The notes below the pieces were generated by a model. The model saw only the letters and a list, made by a program, of their open reading frames with translations. It was not told the DNA's origin and made no database searches. 64,000 nt of DNA. Source: an uncultured delta proteobacterium (lineage in GTDB: Bacteria; Desulfobacterota; DSM-4660; Desulfatiglandales; HGW-15). Position 1 is the first letter of the stretch. Each line of letters starts with the position of its first letter. A program made the translations under genes and the position numbers. Below, piece by piece: positions 34,521-45,859 of the stretch. The stretch covers positions 40,918-104,917 of the forward strand of contig CAVPDE010000011.1 in NCBI GenBank assembly GCA_963702565.1, read 5' to 3'.

Positions 34521-35548
34521 GAACCCGTCTGAGCGGGTAGAATTTTTCGCTTTACCGCTGATTTCTTCTGGCTTTCCAGCTTGTCGTAAGCGTCTATGAT
34601 TTCCTGTACCAGGGGGTGGCGGACAACGTCTTCCCTGGAGAAATTGATAAATTTTATTCCTCCGATTCCATGCAGAATCTCCCTGGCTTCGATCAATCCC
34701 GACGTTTTCCCTTCGGGGAGGTCTGTCTGGGTCACATCCCCTGTGATCACCGCTTTTGAGCTGAATCCTAGTCGGGTGAGAAACATCTTCATTTGTTCCG
34801 TGGTCGCGTTCTGCGCCTCATCGAGAATCACGAAAGAGTCATTGAGGGTTCGGCCTCTCATGAAGGCCAGAGGAGCCACCTCGATGACTCCTTTCTGCAG
34901 GAGCCGGGAGGCGTCTTCAAAATCCATCATGTCGTGGAGAGCATCATAGAGAGGCCGGAGGTAGGGATTTACCTTCTCGTAGAGATCGCCGGGCAAAAAT
35001 CCCAGGTGTTCTCCTGCTTCGACGGCAGGTCTCGTGAGCACGATTCGCTTCATCTCTTTCTTGACCAGGGCTGCCACAGCCATAGCCATGGCAAGATAGG
35101 TCTTTCCTGTGCCGGCAGGCCCGATTCCAAAGACGATATCATAGGCCCGAATGCTGTCGATGTAGGCTTTCTGATTGATGCTCTTTGGCGCGATGACTGT
35201 TTTTCCTGATCCCACATAAACCCGGTCCATGAAGATTTTCTTGAGGCTGGCGGATTGATCGCTGCTCAGGATCCGGATCGCATATTCCACATCGTTCCGG
35301 TAAATGGGGTAATTCTGGTGAATGAGGTCGTAGAGCTGATTGAGGATATTCTCAGCCATCTCGATCTCCCAGTCCCCGCCTTCCAAAATCACCTCGGTAC
35401 CCCGAACGTTGGCGGAGAGCCCGATTTTGTTTTTCAGGGCCTGAAGGTGAGCATTTTGCTCGCCACAAAGTAGCCGGACCAGATCCGGATCAGGAAAGGA
35501 AAGTTTCTTCACCATCCTGGACGCCTGTTTCGCCGAATGACCTCCCAA
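34517..35548 (-). CDS. phoH: PhoH-family ATPase (YbeZ-like)
   Basis: GPAGTGKTYLAMA, ILDEAQN and an N-terminal KH-like region. An alternative start is ATG 35515. Confidence 0.9.
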   Translation of the reverse strand: MGGHSAKQASRMVKKLSFPDPDLVRLLCGEQNAHLQALKNKIGLSANVRGTEVILEGGDWEIEMAENILNQLYDLIHQNYPIYRNDVEYAIRILSSDQSASLKKIFMDRVYVGSGKTVIAPKSINQKAYIDSIRAYDIVFGIGPAGTGKTYLAMAMAVAALVKKEMKRIVLTRPAVEAGEHLGFLPGDLYEKVNPYLRPLYDALHDMMDFEDASRLLQKGVIEVAPLAFMRGRTLNDSFVILDEAQNATTEQMKMFLTRLGFSSKAVITGDVTQTDLPEGKTSGLIEAREILHGIGGIKFINFSREDVVRHPLVQEIIDAYDKLESQKKSAVKRKILPAQTGS

Positions 35549-35624
35549 TCGAGTCTCCTATTCAGTGACCTCTGATGACTTCCTTTCAGCGTTTGGTGAT
35601 GCATGGGGCGGCATGTCAAAGAGC

Positions 35625-35652
35625 ATCTTAATACCACGAGGCCGTATTTCAA
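35625..35652 (-). promoter_or_regulatory. Weak sigma-70-like promoter candidate for the phoH-pgpH-ybeY operon (TTGAAA, 16 nt, TAAGAT)
   Basis: On the minus strand: TTGAAA (35647-35652), a 16-nt spacer, then TAAGAT (35625-35630). The AT island lies directly upstream. Confidence 0.3.
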
Positions 35653-35680
35653 GCAAGAAAATCCGGTGGCCATTTCACAA

Positions 35681-35782
35681 ACTTAGAATAAAAATTAATA
35701 TTTTAAAATAAAAAACATTATTTTAACTAATTTTATAATATGTCATTAAGTAATAATATAATAGAATTCAATATTATAAATT
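35681..35782. other. ~100-bp extremely AT-rich island in otherwise GC-rich DNA
   Basis: ACTTAGAATAAAAATTAATATTTTAAAATAAAAAACATTATTTTAACTAATTTTATAATATGTCATTAAGTAATAATATAATAGAATTCAATATTATAAATT. By eye it has very few G/C. Confidence 0.9.
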
Positions 35783-35809
35783 CCGCTAGCACAAAAGCAT
35801 GGAGGGTCA

Positions 35810-36261
35810 TCAGGGCAAACGAGTCTTACCCCTCACCATGGAGGCGAATATTCCGCCGAAGCACAGGGTGCAGAAAAGAAGAAAAAGAACTCCGAAGCTT
35901 TTGACGAGAGCCGGGTAAGTGACTTCGCTGATCTCAACCCGGCCGATGAAAAGCGCGAACACGACCGTGGCCGTGCCCATGCTGATCATCATTCCCAGGA
36001 GCCGCATGGTCCGAACCGCCCCGAAAGCGAAAACCTTTTTCTGCCGTAGAAGAGGTCCGCAAGCCTCCCAAAAGGCACGAGGCAAACGGCTGAGGCCAGG
36101 AGATAAGCCGTAGGAATCCAGGTCAGGATCACCGCGTCGATCTTAAACTCCCTGGCTATGGCCGGGAGAGCCAGGTTGATGGACGATCCCATGAAAGGGG
36201 TCATGAAAGAGCTGAGGATGGCGATGATCAGCGCAGCGCGTCGTAGGCTCGGTGGATACAT
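35810..36261 (-). pseudogene. MFS transporter remnant (N-terminal ~70 aa joined out of frame to the C-terminal ~85 aa, with the middle deleted)
   Basis: Track ORF 35989-36318 (from internal ATG 36261) reads MYPPSLRRAALIIAILSSFMTPFMGSSINLALPAIAREF...PFGRLADLFYGRKR, an MFS TM1-TM2 pattern. Track ORF 35810-36085 reads like the last two or three TM helices. The total is far shorter than a 12- or 14-TM MFS protein. Confidence 0.65.
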
Positions 36262-36449
36262 GAAGCCAATGTAATAGAGGATTTGCCGTCTGTAAATCAG
36301 TTTCCCTTTGCACCCCAATCAAGACAGCGAAAAAGGCATATCCCTTGCCCTGTGAGATGTACTGGTTCCTCCTAACGCGACGAGCGGAGGCGCCTCCTCT
36401 TGACAAGAATCATATTGCACCCCATGGAGTTGTGCGATATGAGTTTCTT

Positions 36450-39072
<2,623 letters not shown>

Positions 39073-39132
39073 TCGGAGCATAAACGTCTTGGAGGGCTTC
39101 TGACAGGGCGACAAAAAACGGTCCCATAATCC

Positions 39133-39169
39133 CCGGTTCAGCGGCGGTGATACGCCGCCGCTGAACCGG
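39133..39169 (+). terminator. 15-bp perfect hairpin after katG (no U-tract)
   Basis: CCGGTTCAGCGGCGG, loop TGATACG, CCGCCGCTGAACCGG. Confidence 0.45.
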
Positions 39170-39487
39170 AACGTTATGCTAGTCATAGACTAAGGTAACT
39201 CTTCTGCTTTTCATTCGCCTTCGCCAGGATACTCTGCAGCTTGCTGCAGAGAGGATCGGCCTTCGCCAAAGGCTTCGGCCCGATAAAATGGCGAGGCGAC
39301 CGCGCTGTAGCTCGTGAGAGCGAAGGCGGGTGGGGCTTCGGCGCAATTCCGCTCCAGAGATACCCCGCAGCAACACCCTCATTCCATGGTAAATCCAAGG
39401 CAGACCAGACACGGCAAACCGCAGATTAGGGAGAAGATCGAACTCTTTGCGGGGTGAGCCTCTTTTGTAAATAAAACTTAGAGGCCC

Positions 39488-39534
39488 TTGACAAAGTTTG
39501 GCTGCTCATATTAAGTTAGCCGTACCTAACTTAA
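39488..39534 (+). promoter_or_regulatory. Promoter (TTGACA 39488-39493) overlapped by a DtxR/IdeR-box-like palindrome TTAAGTTAG-CCGTAC-CTAACTTAA (39511-39534)
   Basis: Perfect 9-bp inverted arms lie 14 nt upstream of the dtxR-family ATG. They resemble the iron-box consensus TTAGGTTAGCCTAACCTAA. Confidence 0.6.
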
Positions 39535-39547
39535 TGGGGAAAATGCC

Positions 39548-40003
39548 ATGGCTTCGAAAACAAATCTCACCTCACAGATGGAAGATTATCTGGAAGCCAT
39601 CTACCATCTTTGCAGGGACGAGGGCGTGGCTCGAGTCAAAGCCATTGCTGATCGACTCGAAGTGACAACTCCGAGTGTTGTCGGCGCTATCAGAAAGCTC
39701 AAAGATCGCAATCTCGTGATTCAGGAGCCCTACGGTTATGTGCGGCTCACAATGGAAGGCGAGGAGATCGGAGGTGCGATCAGCCACAATCATGAAGTTT
39801 TGAGCGACTTTCTAAAGGAGATTCTGGGGTTGGACCATGAGACGGCTTCAGTGGATGCCTGCAAGATTGAACACGCCGTGAGCGCTGAAACCGTGAGGCG
39901 TCTGCGTGCGGTTGCGGAGTTTATCAGGCAAGAACCCCAAATCAACGTGGACTGGGAAAAGGAGTTCAAGCGCTTTTACCGCGAGTACCTGAGGAGGCTC
40001 TAG
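39548..40003 (+). CDS. DtxR/MntR-family metal-dependent transcriptional repressor
   Basis: EDYLEAIY, RVKAIADRLEVTTPSVVGAIRKLKDRNLV (winged HTH), and a dimerisation/metal-site region HNHEVLSDFL...CKIEH. Confidence 0.85.
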   Translation: MASKTNLTSQMEDYLEAIYHLCRDEGVARVKAIADRLEVTTPSVVGAIRKLKDRNLVIQEPYGYVRLTMEGEEIGGAISHNHEVLSDFLKEILGLDHETASVDACKIEHAVSAETVRRLRAVAEFIRQEPQINVDWEKEFKRFYREYLRRL

Positions 40004-40005
40004 AG

Positions 40006-40245
40006 TTGATCACGACGCTGGAAAAAGTCAAAGAAGGAATGTCCGCCGTGGTGAAGCAGGTCCATGGGGGTCACAAAATCCGTCAGAGGCTTGGCGGCCT
40101 GGGCATCCACGTAGACGACAGCCTGAAAGTTCTTCGCACGGGCTTTCTGGGAGGACCTGTCTTGATTGAGGTTCATGGGACTGAGGTTGGGATCGGTCAA
40201 GGCATGGCTGAGAAGATCGAAGTGGAAGTAATGGAAGAAGTATGA
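40006..40245 (+). CDS. feoA: Ferrous iron transport protein A
   Basis: 79 aa with the FeoA SH3-like pattern (L..V..G....V..V.GG...R.RL..LGI..G..L.V). TTG start with GAGGAGG 8 nt upstream. Confidence 0.85.
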   Translation: MITTLEKVKEGMSAVVKQVHGGHKIRQRLGGLGIHVDDSLKVLRTGFLGGPVLIEVHGTEVGIGQGMAEKIEVEVMEEV

Positions 40246-42164
40246 GAATCGCTCTTGTTGGACAACCGAATTGCGGAAAAAGCGCTCTCTTCAACAGCGT
40301 GGCCGGATACAAGACCATCGCCTCCAACTTTCCGGGCACCACAGTGGATTGTGTTATGAGCCCGGTCAAATTGAACGGGGACAGCTTCACGCTAGTCGAT
40401 TTGCCTGGGATTTATTCTGTTTCCTCTTCAGAAAGAGAGGAGATCTTGGCTCGCCGGTACCTCATCAAGGAGAGACCGGATTTGGTGATCAATATCCTGG
40501 ATGCGTCCGTGCTGTCCAGGAGCCTCGAACTGACCCTTGAGCTTCTGGAACTCAAGATTCCTCTGGTCATATGCCTGAATATGATCGACGAAGCAGAAAA
40601 GAAGGGCGTGGAGATCGACGTGGGCCACCTGTCCCAGGAGTTAGGAGTCCCTGTGATTCCTACCATCGCGATTCGAGGGCAAGGAGTTCCGGAGCTCTTC
40701 CAGTCAGCCCTGGAGACGGCGAAAAGAGGAACTGCAGGCACGATTCATTTTCTGTCCCTGGATGTGGAGCGCGTGATTTCAGAACTTGCGGATCTTCTTG
40801 GGGTTGCCACAGCAAGGAGGCTGGGAGTGCCCCAGAGGTTCCTGGCCATTAGGTTGCTTGAACAGGACGAGGAGTTCGAGCAAGCCGTGCGAGAAATCAA
40901 CCCCGGTATCATGGGCGACGTCGAACGTTTACGAAGCATGCTATCCGAGTGCCACGGAAGGCCTTCCGATATGGTGGTGTCGTCGGAACGGCATTCCCTG
41001 GCCATGAACCTTTTTGAGCACGTGGCCAAAGTCAAACCACGAGGTGCAAAGCCTTTCAGGGAGCAAATCGACAAATACCTCATGCATCCTTACCTGGGGT
41101 ATGTGTTACTTGGGGGGATTCTCTTCTCCTTTTTCTGGATGGTTTTCAGTCTTGGCAAGCACATCGAAGAACCGATCCTCTCCTTGTTTGAGCAATTCGC
41201 AGCTTACCTGGGTGTGCACCTCAGCAAGGAGTCCCTTCTGTTCACCGTCGTTAACGGTTTGATCCAGGGCTTTTCGGGGGGCATTGGAATCGTCTTGCCT
41301 TACCTGATCCCATTTCTCTTTGGACTTTCCCTGCTGGAAGACATTGGATACCTTCCAAGGGCCGCTTTCCTCATGGATTCCATTATGCACAGCATCGGGC
41401 TCCACGGGAAATCCATCATCCCCTTTGTGCTGAGCTACGGCTGCAATGTTCCTGCGATCATGGGCGTGAGAATCATGGAAAGGGCCAGGGACCGTTTTAT
41501 CACCGCCGTTCTCGTCACCCTCATTCCCTGTGCTGCGCGGACGACCGTCATCTTCGCCCTGGTGGCTTTTTATCTCGGACCTCTTAAGGCCCTCTTGCTT
41601 TATGTTCTCAACGTCGTGGTCATCGCAGCGTCAGGCAAGATCCTTTCACGCTTCATGCCCGAGGTCTCCCCGGGGATGATCCTCGAAATGCCGAGCTACA
41701 GGTTACCGCAGTTCTCAGCCGTGATGCGGAAGGTTTGGTTTCGCCTGCGGGAATTTATCCTGATCGCCTGGCCTATTCTGATTGCGGGAAGCGTCATCCT
41801 GAGCCTCCTGGAATATTTTCATCTTGCCGATCGCATCAACGGGATCCTCTCTATTTTCACCAGCGGGCTGCTGGGCCTTCCCTCAGCCGTAGGCATTACC
41901 CTTATTTTCGGCATCTTGAGAAAGGAGCTGGCCATCATCATGCTGGTCCAGGCTCTGGGGACAAGCAACTTCTCTTCCGCCATGACAGGGGAACAGATGA
42001 TGGTTTTCACGGTCTTCAGCCTCTTCTACATCCCCTGCCTTGCCACTCTGGGCATGCTGCGATCCACCATCGGGAACCGCGGCATGCTCTTCACCCTCTT
42101 TTTTACCACCGCCATCGGCACGCTGATGGCCCTGGCCATGCGAGTTCTTTACTGGGCCTACTGA
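40242..42164 (+). CDS. feoB: Ferrous iron transporter B
   Basis: An N-terminal G-domain (GQPNCGKSALFN, DLPG) followed by a polytopic membrane domain. ATGA overlap with feoA. Confidence 0.95.
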   Translation: MRIALVGQPNCGKSALFNSVAGYKTIASNFPGTTVDCVMSPVKLNGDSFTLVDLPGIYSVSSSEREEILARRYLIKERPDLVINILDASVLSRSLELTLELLELKIPLVICLNMIDEAEKKGVEIDVGHLSQELGVPVIPTIAIRGQGVPELFQSALETAKRGTAGTIHFLSLDVERVISELADLLGVATARRLGVPQRFLAIRLLEQDEEFEQAVREINPGIMGDVERLRSMLSECHGRPSDMVVSSERHSLAMNLFEHVAKVKPRGAKPFREQIDKYLMHPYLGYVLLGGILFSFFWMVFSLGKHIEEPILSLFEQFAAYLGVHLSKESLLFTVVNGLIQGFSGGIGIVLPYLIPFLFGLSLLEDIGYLPRAAFLMDSIMHSIGLHGKSIIPFVLSYGCNVPAIMGVRIMERARDRFITAVLVTLIPCAARTTVIFALVAFYLGPLKALLLYVLNVVVIAASGKILSRFMPEVSPGMILEMPSYRLPQFSAVMRKVWFRLREFILIAWPILIAGSVILSLLEYFHLADRINGILSIFTSGLLGLPSAVGITLIFGILRKELAIIMLVQALGTSNFSSAMTGEQMMVFTVFSLFYIPCLATLGMLRSTIGNRGMLFTLFFTTAIGTLMALAMRVLYWAY

Positions 42165-42189
42165 GAAAAGGCTGCCCAGGGGCGAATGA

Positions 42190-42695
42190 ATTTTGCCGAG
42201 CCACCTCAGAAATCCGGTGCACCTGGAATTTGCCGAGGTGAACGTGAATGAATTGCTGAAACGAAGCCTCATGTTGAGCCAGCACAAAATGACACTTCAG
42301 AACATCCAGGCGAAGACAGAGCTGGATTCCAAGATCCCCTGATCCAAGGGGACTTCAATCAGCTGCAGCAGGCCGTCATCAACCTGCTATTCAACGCTAT
42401 TGACGCCATGCCGGACGGAGGGACCCTTGTCCTTGCCAGCGCTTTCAACCCCAAGCTGAACGTCGTGGAAATCAGAATCAGCGACACGGGCTGCGGCATT
42501 TCCAAGGAAAGCCTGCCTCACATTTTTGAGCCTTTTTTTACCACCAAGACCGAGGGCAAGGGACTGGGCTTGGGCCTTTCCACGGTCTTCGGGATCGTAG
42601 ACAGGCACAAGGGCACCATTGAGGTGAAAAGTGAGATCGCTCAAGGCGCAGCGTTTATCACCAGGGTGCCCGTGGGTCCCAAAGGTCCGGTCTAA
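42190..42695 (+). pseudogene. Histidine-kinase 3' remnant (catalytic ATPase domain only, plus a frameshift in a C-run)
   Basis: One frame reads FAEVNVNELLKRSLMLSQHKMTLQNIQAKTELDSKIP then a stop. The next frame reads LIQGDFNQLQQAVINLLFNAIDAMPDGG...DTGCGI...FFTTK...GLGLGLS (N, G1, F and G2 boxes). No HisKA or sensor region remains. It starts right after the feoB stop. Confidence 0.75.
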
Positions 42696-42949
42696 AAGGG
42701 CCTTTTCCCGCAGCAGCTCCCCGGGCCGCTGCAACCGGCGGCCTGGCCAGGGGATGATCCGCAGCAGGCCGTATCACCGGGACCCGGCATGCTGTTTCGC
42801 GCCGTACCCGATAAGGAAGATGGCGCCGAAAGAAGTCTCTTCACGTTGCGGCTTCCGCAGGCCCGGCACTCCGGCTGGTCAGAGGAACTGGCTACAAGGA
42901 TTTCGCTCACCTTTCCGCAATCAATGCACAGAAAATCAAAAAGAGGCAT
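42692..42949 (-). CDS. FmdB-family zinc-ribbon protein with a Cys/Gly-rich tail
   Basis: MPLFDFLCIDCG...CRACGS (CxxC...CxxC), with the tail ACCGSSPGQAAGCSGPGSCCG. Confidence 0.8.
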   Translation of the reverse strand: MPLFDFLCIDCGKVSEILVASSSDQPECRACGSRNVKRLLSAPSSLSGTARNSMPGPGDTACCGSSPGQAAGCSGPGSCCGKRPF

Positions 42950-42960
42950 CTCCTCCTCCT

Positions 42961-43434
42961 TTATGCCGCTTTGTCCGGCCGTGCTTCCTCGTACTCCTTG
43001 ATGGCCTTTTCCAGGGTTTTGACAGCTAGCCGGATGCAGTGCTGCTTCTGATCCGGAATTTGAACCAGTCGCCGAAAGACGTCCCGGTCCTTGACTTCCA
43101 AGGCCTCGGAAAGAGTCTTCCCCCTGACGAGATCGGCAAGGGCCATGGCAGCGGAAACAGCGCCCGGGCAGCCAAGGACTTGGTATTTTGCGTCGGCAAT
43201 TCGGCCCTTATCCACTTTGATGAAGCACTTCATGGTGTCTCCGCAGGGGCCGGTTAGTTCCGTGACATGATTCGCCCCTTTCAGGGGCCCAAGGTTTGGC
43301 TTTTTCAGAAAATAGTTAATGGCTTCCTCCGCGTATCCGGAAGAAGAAAGCATTTCACGAATGCTGGCAATCTCATTCTGATTAGAAAGTGTCTCCTGCT
43401 CCATGGTCGTATCCCTGTCTAGTGATGCGCGCAT
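42961..43434 (-). CDS. IscU/NifU-N-terminal-like iron-sulfur cluster scaffold protein
   Basis: GPCGDTM, LGCPGAVSAAMALA and QKQHCIRLAV (three conserved Cys). The likely start is ATG 43404. Confidence 0.75.
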   Translation of the reverse strand: MRASLDRDTTMEQETLSNQNEIASIREMLSSSGYAEEAINYFLKKPNLGPLKGANHVTELTGPCGDTMKCFIKVDKGRIADAKYQVLGCPGAVSAAMALADLVRGKTLSEALEVKDRDVFRRLVQIPDQKQHCIRLAVKTLEKAIKEYEEARPDKAA

Positions 43435-43802
43435 CCGCCCTGGCCTTGGTGTCCAGCACAGGTCATATTCACGGAAAACTCGGGGAGCTTACCGGATTTC
43501 ATGTATTCGAGATTCTGTTTCACGCTTCCCTCCACTGCCCTGAAGACGCGGACCCCTTGAGCCTGAAGCCTCATGAGGGCGCCGCCCCCTATCCCGCCCA
43601 CAACAATCGCATCCACAGGGTTGCCGGCGAGGGCCTTCATGGGCTGACACTGACCATGCGCATGGTGGGCGTCTCTGTTGCCGATGGTTTCGAACTCTCC
43701 GCTCGTGCTGTCGAGAATCACAAAAGAAGGAGCTGAGCCGAAATGTCCATAGACCTGGCTTTCAAGTCCTTGATCCACTTGAACCGGAAAAGCAATCTTC
43801 AT
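43419..43802 (-). CDS. NifX/NifB-C-terminal-like (dinitrogenase FeMo-cofactor-binding domain family) protein
   Basis: MKIAFPV...HFG.AP.F...D and VDAIVVGGIGGGA. The start was moved to ATG 43802. Confidence 0.75.
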   Translation of the reverse strand: MKIAFPVQVDQGLESQVYGHFGSAPSFVILDSTSGEFETIGNRDAHHAHGQCQPMKALAGNPVDAIVVGGIGGGALMRLQAQGVRVFRAVEGSVKQNLEYMKSGKLPEFSVNMTCAGHQGQGGCAHH

Positions 43803-43878
43803 ATACAATTCCCTCCGTAGCAATTTTCAGATTATTAAACTAAAAAAACCATCCCCTCCTGTCAAGAGAGGGGTGCCC

Positions 43879-44382
43879 TTAATCATCTCTTCTGAAGCGA
43901 TCATCGGACTTCTTCGCTTTGGCCATTCCTCGAACCTGTTCCAGCCAGCCGATTCGACAGTTCTCCTGATGGTCGAATTCAGGGACATAGGGTTTGATGT
44001 CCAGCAGAGGCGTACCGTCGAGGATGTCCACGTTCTCAATGTCCAGAGTGTATCCTCTGACTTGGACAAGCCGGACGATGGAGAGCCCGATCGGATTGGG
44101 CCGCTTTGGGGCTCGTGTGGCAAAGACGCCTCTTGGCTCGGAATCAAGGAAAGGAGTAACAATAAGCTTGTACCCGCGGCTCTCATGAAAGTGGTAAAGA
44201 AGAATGAGGTGGGAGAAACCGTCAAGATCCTTCAGCCCATCAGCAAATTCCTGAAAGAGTTCCACGGTGCCGCGGATTCCTGCTGCGCCCGAAGGCTGGA
44301 TGGGCATGTTCTCCAATTCTTTAAAGGGCGTGCGAATGATACCGATGGAACGATAGACAATGCCTTCAATTTTCTTTTCCAT
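43879..44382 (-). CDS. trmO: TsaA/YaeB-family SAM-dependent methyltransferase (TrmO-like)
   Basis: IGIIRTPF, FSHLILLYHFH, RPNPIGLS and DGTPLLDIKPY. Confidence 0.75.
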   Translation of the reverse strand: MEKKIEGIVYRSIGIIRTPFKELENMPIQPSGAAGIRGTVELFQEFADGLKDLDGFSHLILLYHFHESRGYKLIVTPFLDSEPRGVFATRAPKRPNPIGLSIVRLVQVRGYTLDIENVDILDGTPLLDIKPYVPEFDHQENCRIGWLEQVRGMAKAKKSDDRFRRDD

Positions 44383-44400
44383 GATCGCTTGATCCTTGTT

Positions 44401-44871
44401 TCACGAGCGAAGCGTCGCAGTCAGCCTCAGAGCATGAAGCAGGAGATCCAGGGCTTCCAGGATGCTGCGGGTCGCAATGTCCGCCGCCATGAGCGTTTCA
44501 ACCGTGGCTCCCTCCTCCTGAATCACGGCGATCCCCAGAACCGTCTCCTTGAGCATCAGGGCATCGTTGCGGCCATTCCCCACGCTGACGGTTTTCTGCA
44601 ATCCCAGCTGCCGGACATAGTCTGCCTTGGCTCGGGTCTGATTTTCTTTCCCGATGACCACAACCTCACACGGGATGCCGGTCATTTCTTTCTGAACACT
44701 TCCGAAAGTGTCCGCCGTGAGGATGTGGATCGACAAACTCTTTGAAAGCTTTTCTAACCGTTCCCTCACCCCGTTAATCAGACGACCGTCACAGGCAATG
44801 GTCCCGTTGTAGTCAAGCACCAGATGGGAGAGAAAAAGCGTCTTGTAGCCTGGGATCGCTTCTTCCAGCAT
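44401..44871 (-). CDS. HAD-superfamily hydrolase (soluble P-type-ATPase-like)
   Basis: LVLDYNGT (DxxGT-like), and VGNGRNDALM (GDGxND-like). Confidence 0.7.
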   Translation of the reverse strand: MLEEAIPGYKTLFLSHLVLDYNGTIACDGRLINGVRERLEKLSKSLSIHILTADTFGSVQKEMTGIPCEVVVIGKENQTRAKADYVRQLGLQKTVSVGNGRNDALMLKETVLGIAVIQEEGATVETLMAADIATRSILEALDLLLHALRLTATLRS

Positions 44872-44917
44872 AGGAGCACGTCTCCTGAAGTGATTTGGCC
44901 TTGGAGCGTATCAGTCC

Positions 44918-45859
44918 TTATTGCTGCACGCAAGGTGTGACTCCAATTTCGGTTTTCTCCTCTGAATCATCCTTTTTCATCGGAGTGACATCCTTCGCGG
45001 TTTTTTGAATGATGGTTTTCACAACGTTCTCAAATTCCTTGTTAAAGGGATTGCTTTTTCCCATCAGGTCGTCGAGTCTGCCCAGATCCCCTCTTTGAAC
45101 CACCTCCGGCTCAATGGGCAGGCTTCCGAGGAGAGTCAGGTTTTCTTTTTCCGCTGTGAGCTGCCCTCCCCGGCTCTTGAACAGATCGATCCGCTTTCCG
45201 CAGTGAGGGCACTCGAGGCCGCTCATGTTCTCCACGAGGCCAAGGATCTCCATTTTTACCAAACGGCAGAAGTTGATGGATTTCCTGACGTCCGCAAGAG
45301 AGATTTCCTGCGGCGTGGTGACGATCACTGCCTTGGCATCAGGGATGGTCTGGGCTACCGTCAGCGGTTCGTCTCCGGTGCCCGGAGGAGAGTCAATGAT
45401 CAGATAGTCGAGATCCGACCAGTCAATGTCGGATATGAACTGGCGGATCACGCCGATCTTGATCGGGCCTCTCCAGATGGTGGCCAGGTCTTTATTCTCG
45501 CCCATAAGGGATTCGATTGAAATCACCTCTAGGTTACTCAGAAACTGGACAGGAACAGCCTTGCCTTGGCGCCCCGAAGGTTGGAGACCTCCTTTGAGGC
45601 CGAGTAGTCTCGGAATGCTGGGACCATGGAGATCCACATCCATGAGTCCGACTTTGTACCCCTTGGTTGCCAGAGAAACAGCGAGGCAGGCGGCGATGCT
45701 GCTTTTCCCCACTCCCCCTTTTCCACTCATGACAAGGATTTTATTTTTGATATGCGCAAGACGCTCTTTAATCTCCTGATCCTGCATGGAGTGCTTGTCT
45801 TCTTGTTCTTTGTGCATCGGAAAATGATCTTTTTGTCCCATACTGCTATAACCCTCCAA
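44918..45859 (-). CDS. Mrp/NBP35/ApbC-family Fe-S cluster carrier ATPase
   Basis: SGKGGVGKSS deviant Walker A, and CPHCG in the C-terminal half. Confidence 0.9.
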   Translation of the reverse strand: MEGYSSMGQKDHFPMHKEQEDKHSMQDQEIKERLAHIKNKILVMSGKGGVGKSSIAACLAVSLATKGYKVGLMDVDLHGPSIPRLLGLKGGLQPSGRQGKAVPVQFLSNLEVISIESLMGENKDLATIWRGPIKIGVIRQFISDIDWSDLDYLIIDSPPGTGDEPLTVAQTIPDAKAVIVTTPQEISLADVRKSINFCRLVKMEILGLVENMSGLECPHCGKRIDLFKSRGGQLTAEKENLTLLGSLPIEPEVVQRGDLGRLDDLMGKSNPFNKEFENVVKTIIQKTAKDVTPMKKDDSEEKTEIGVTPCVQQ

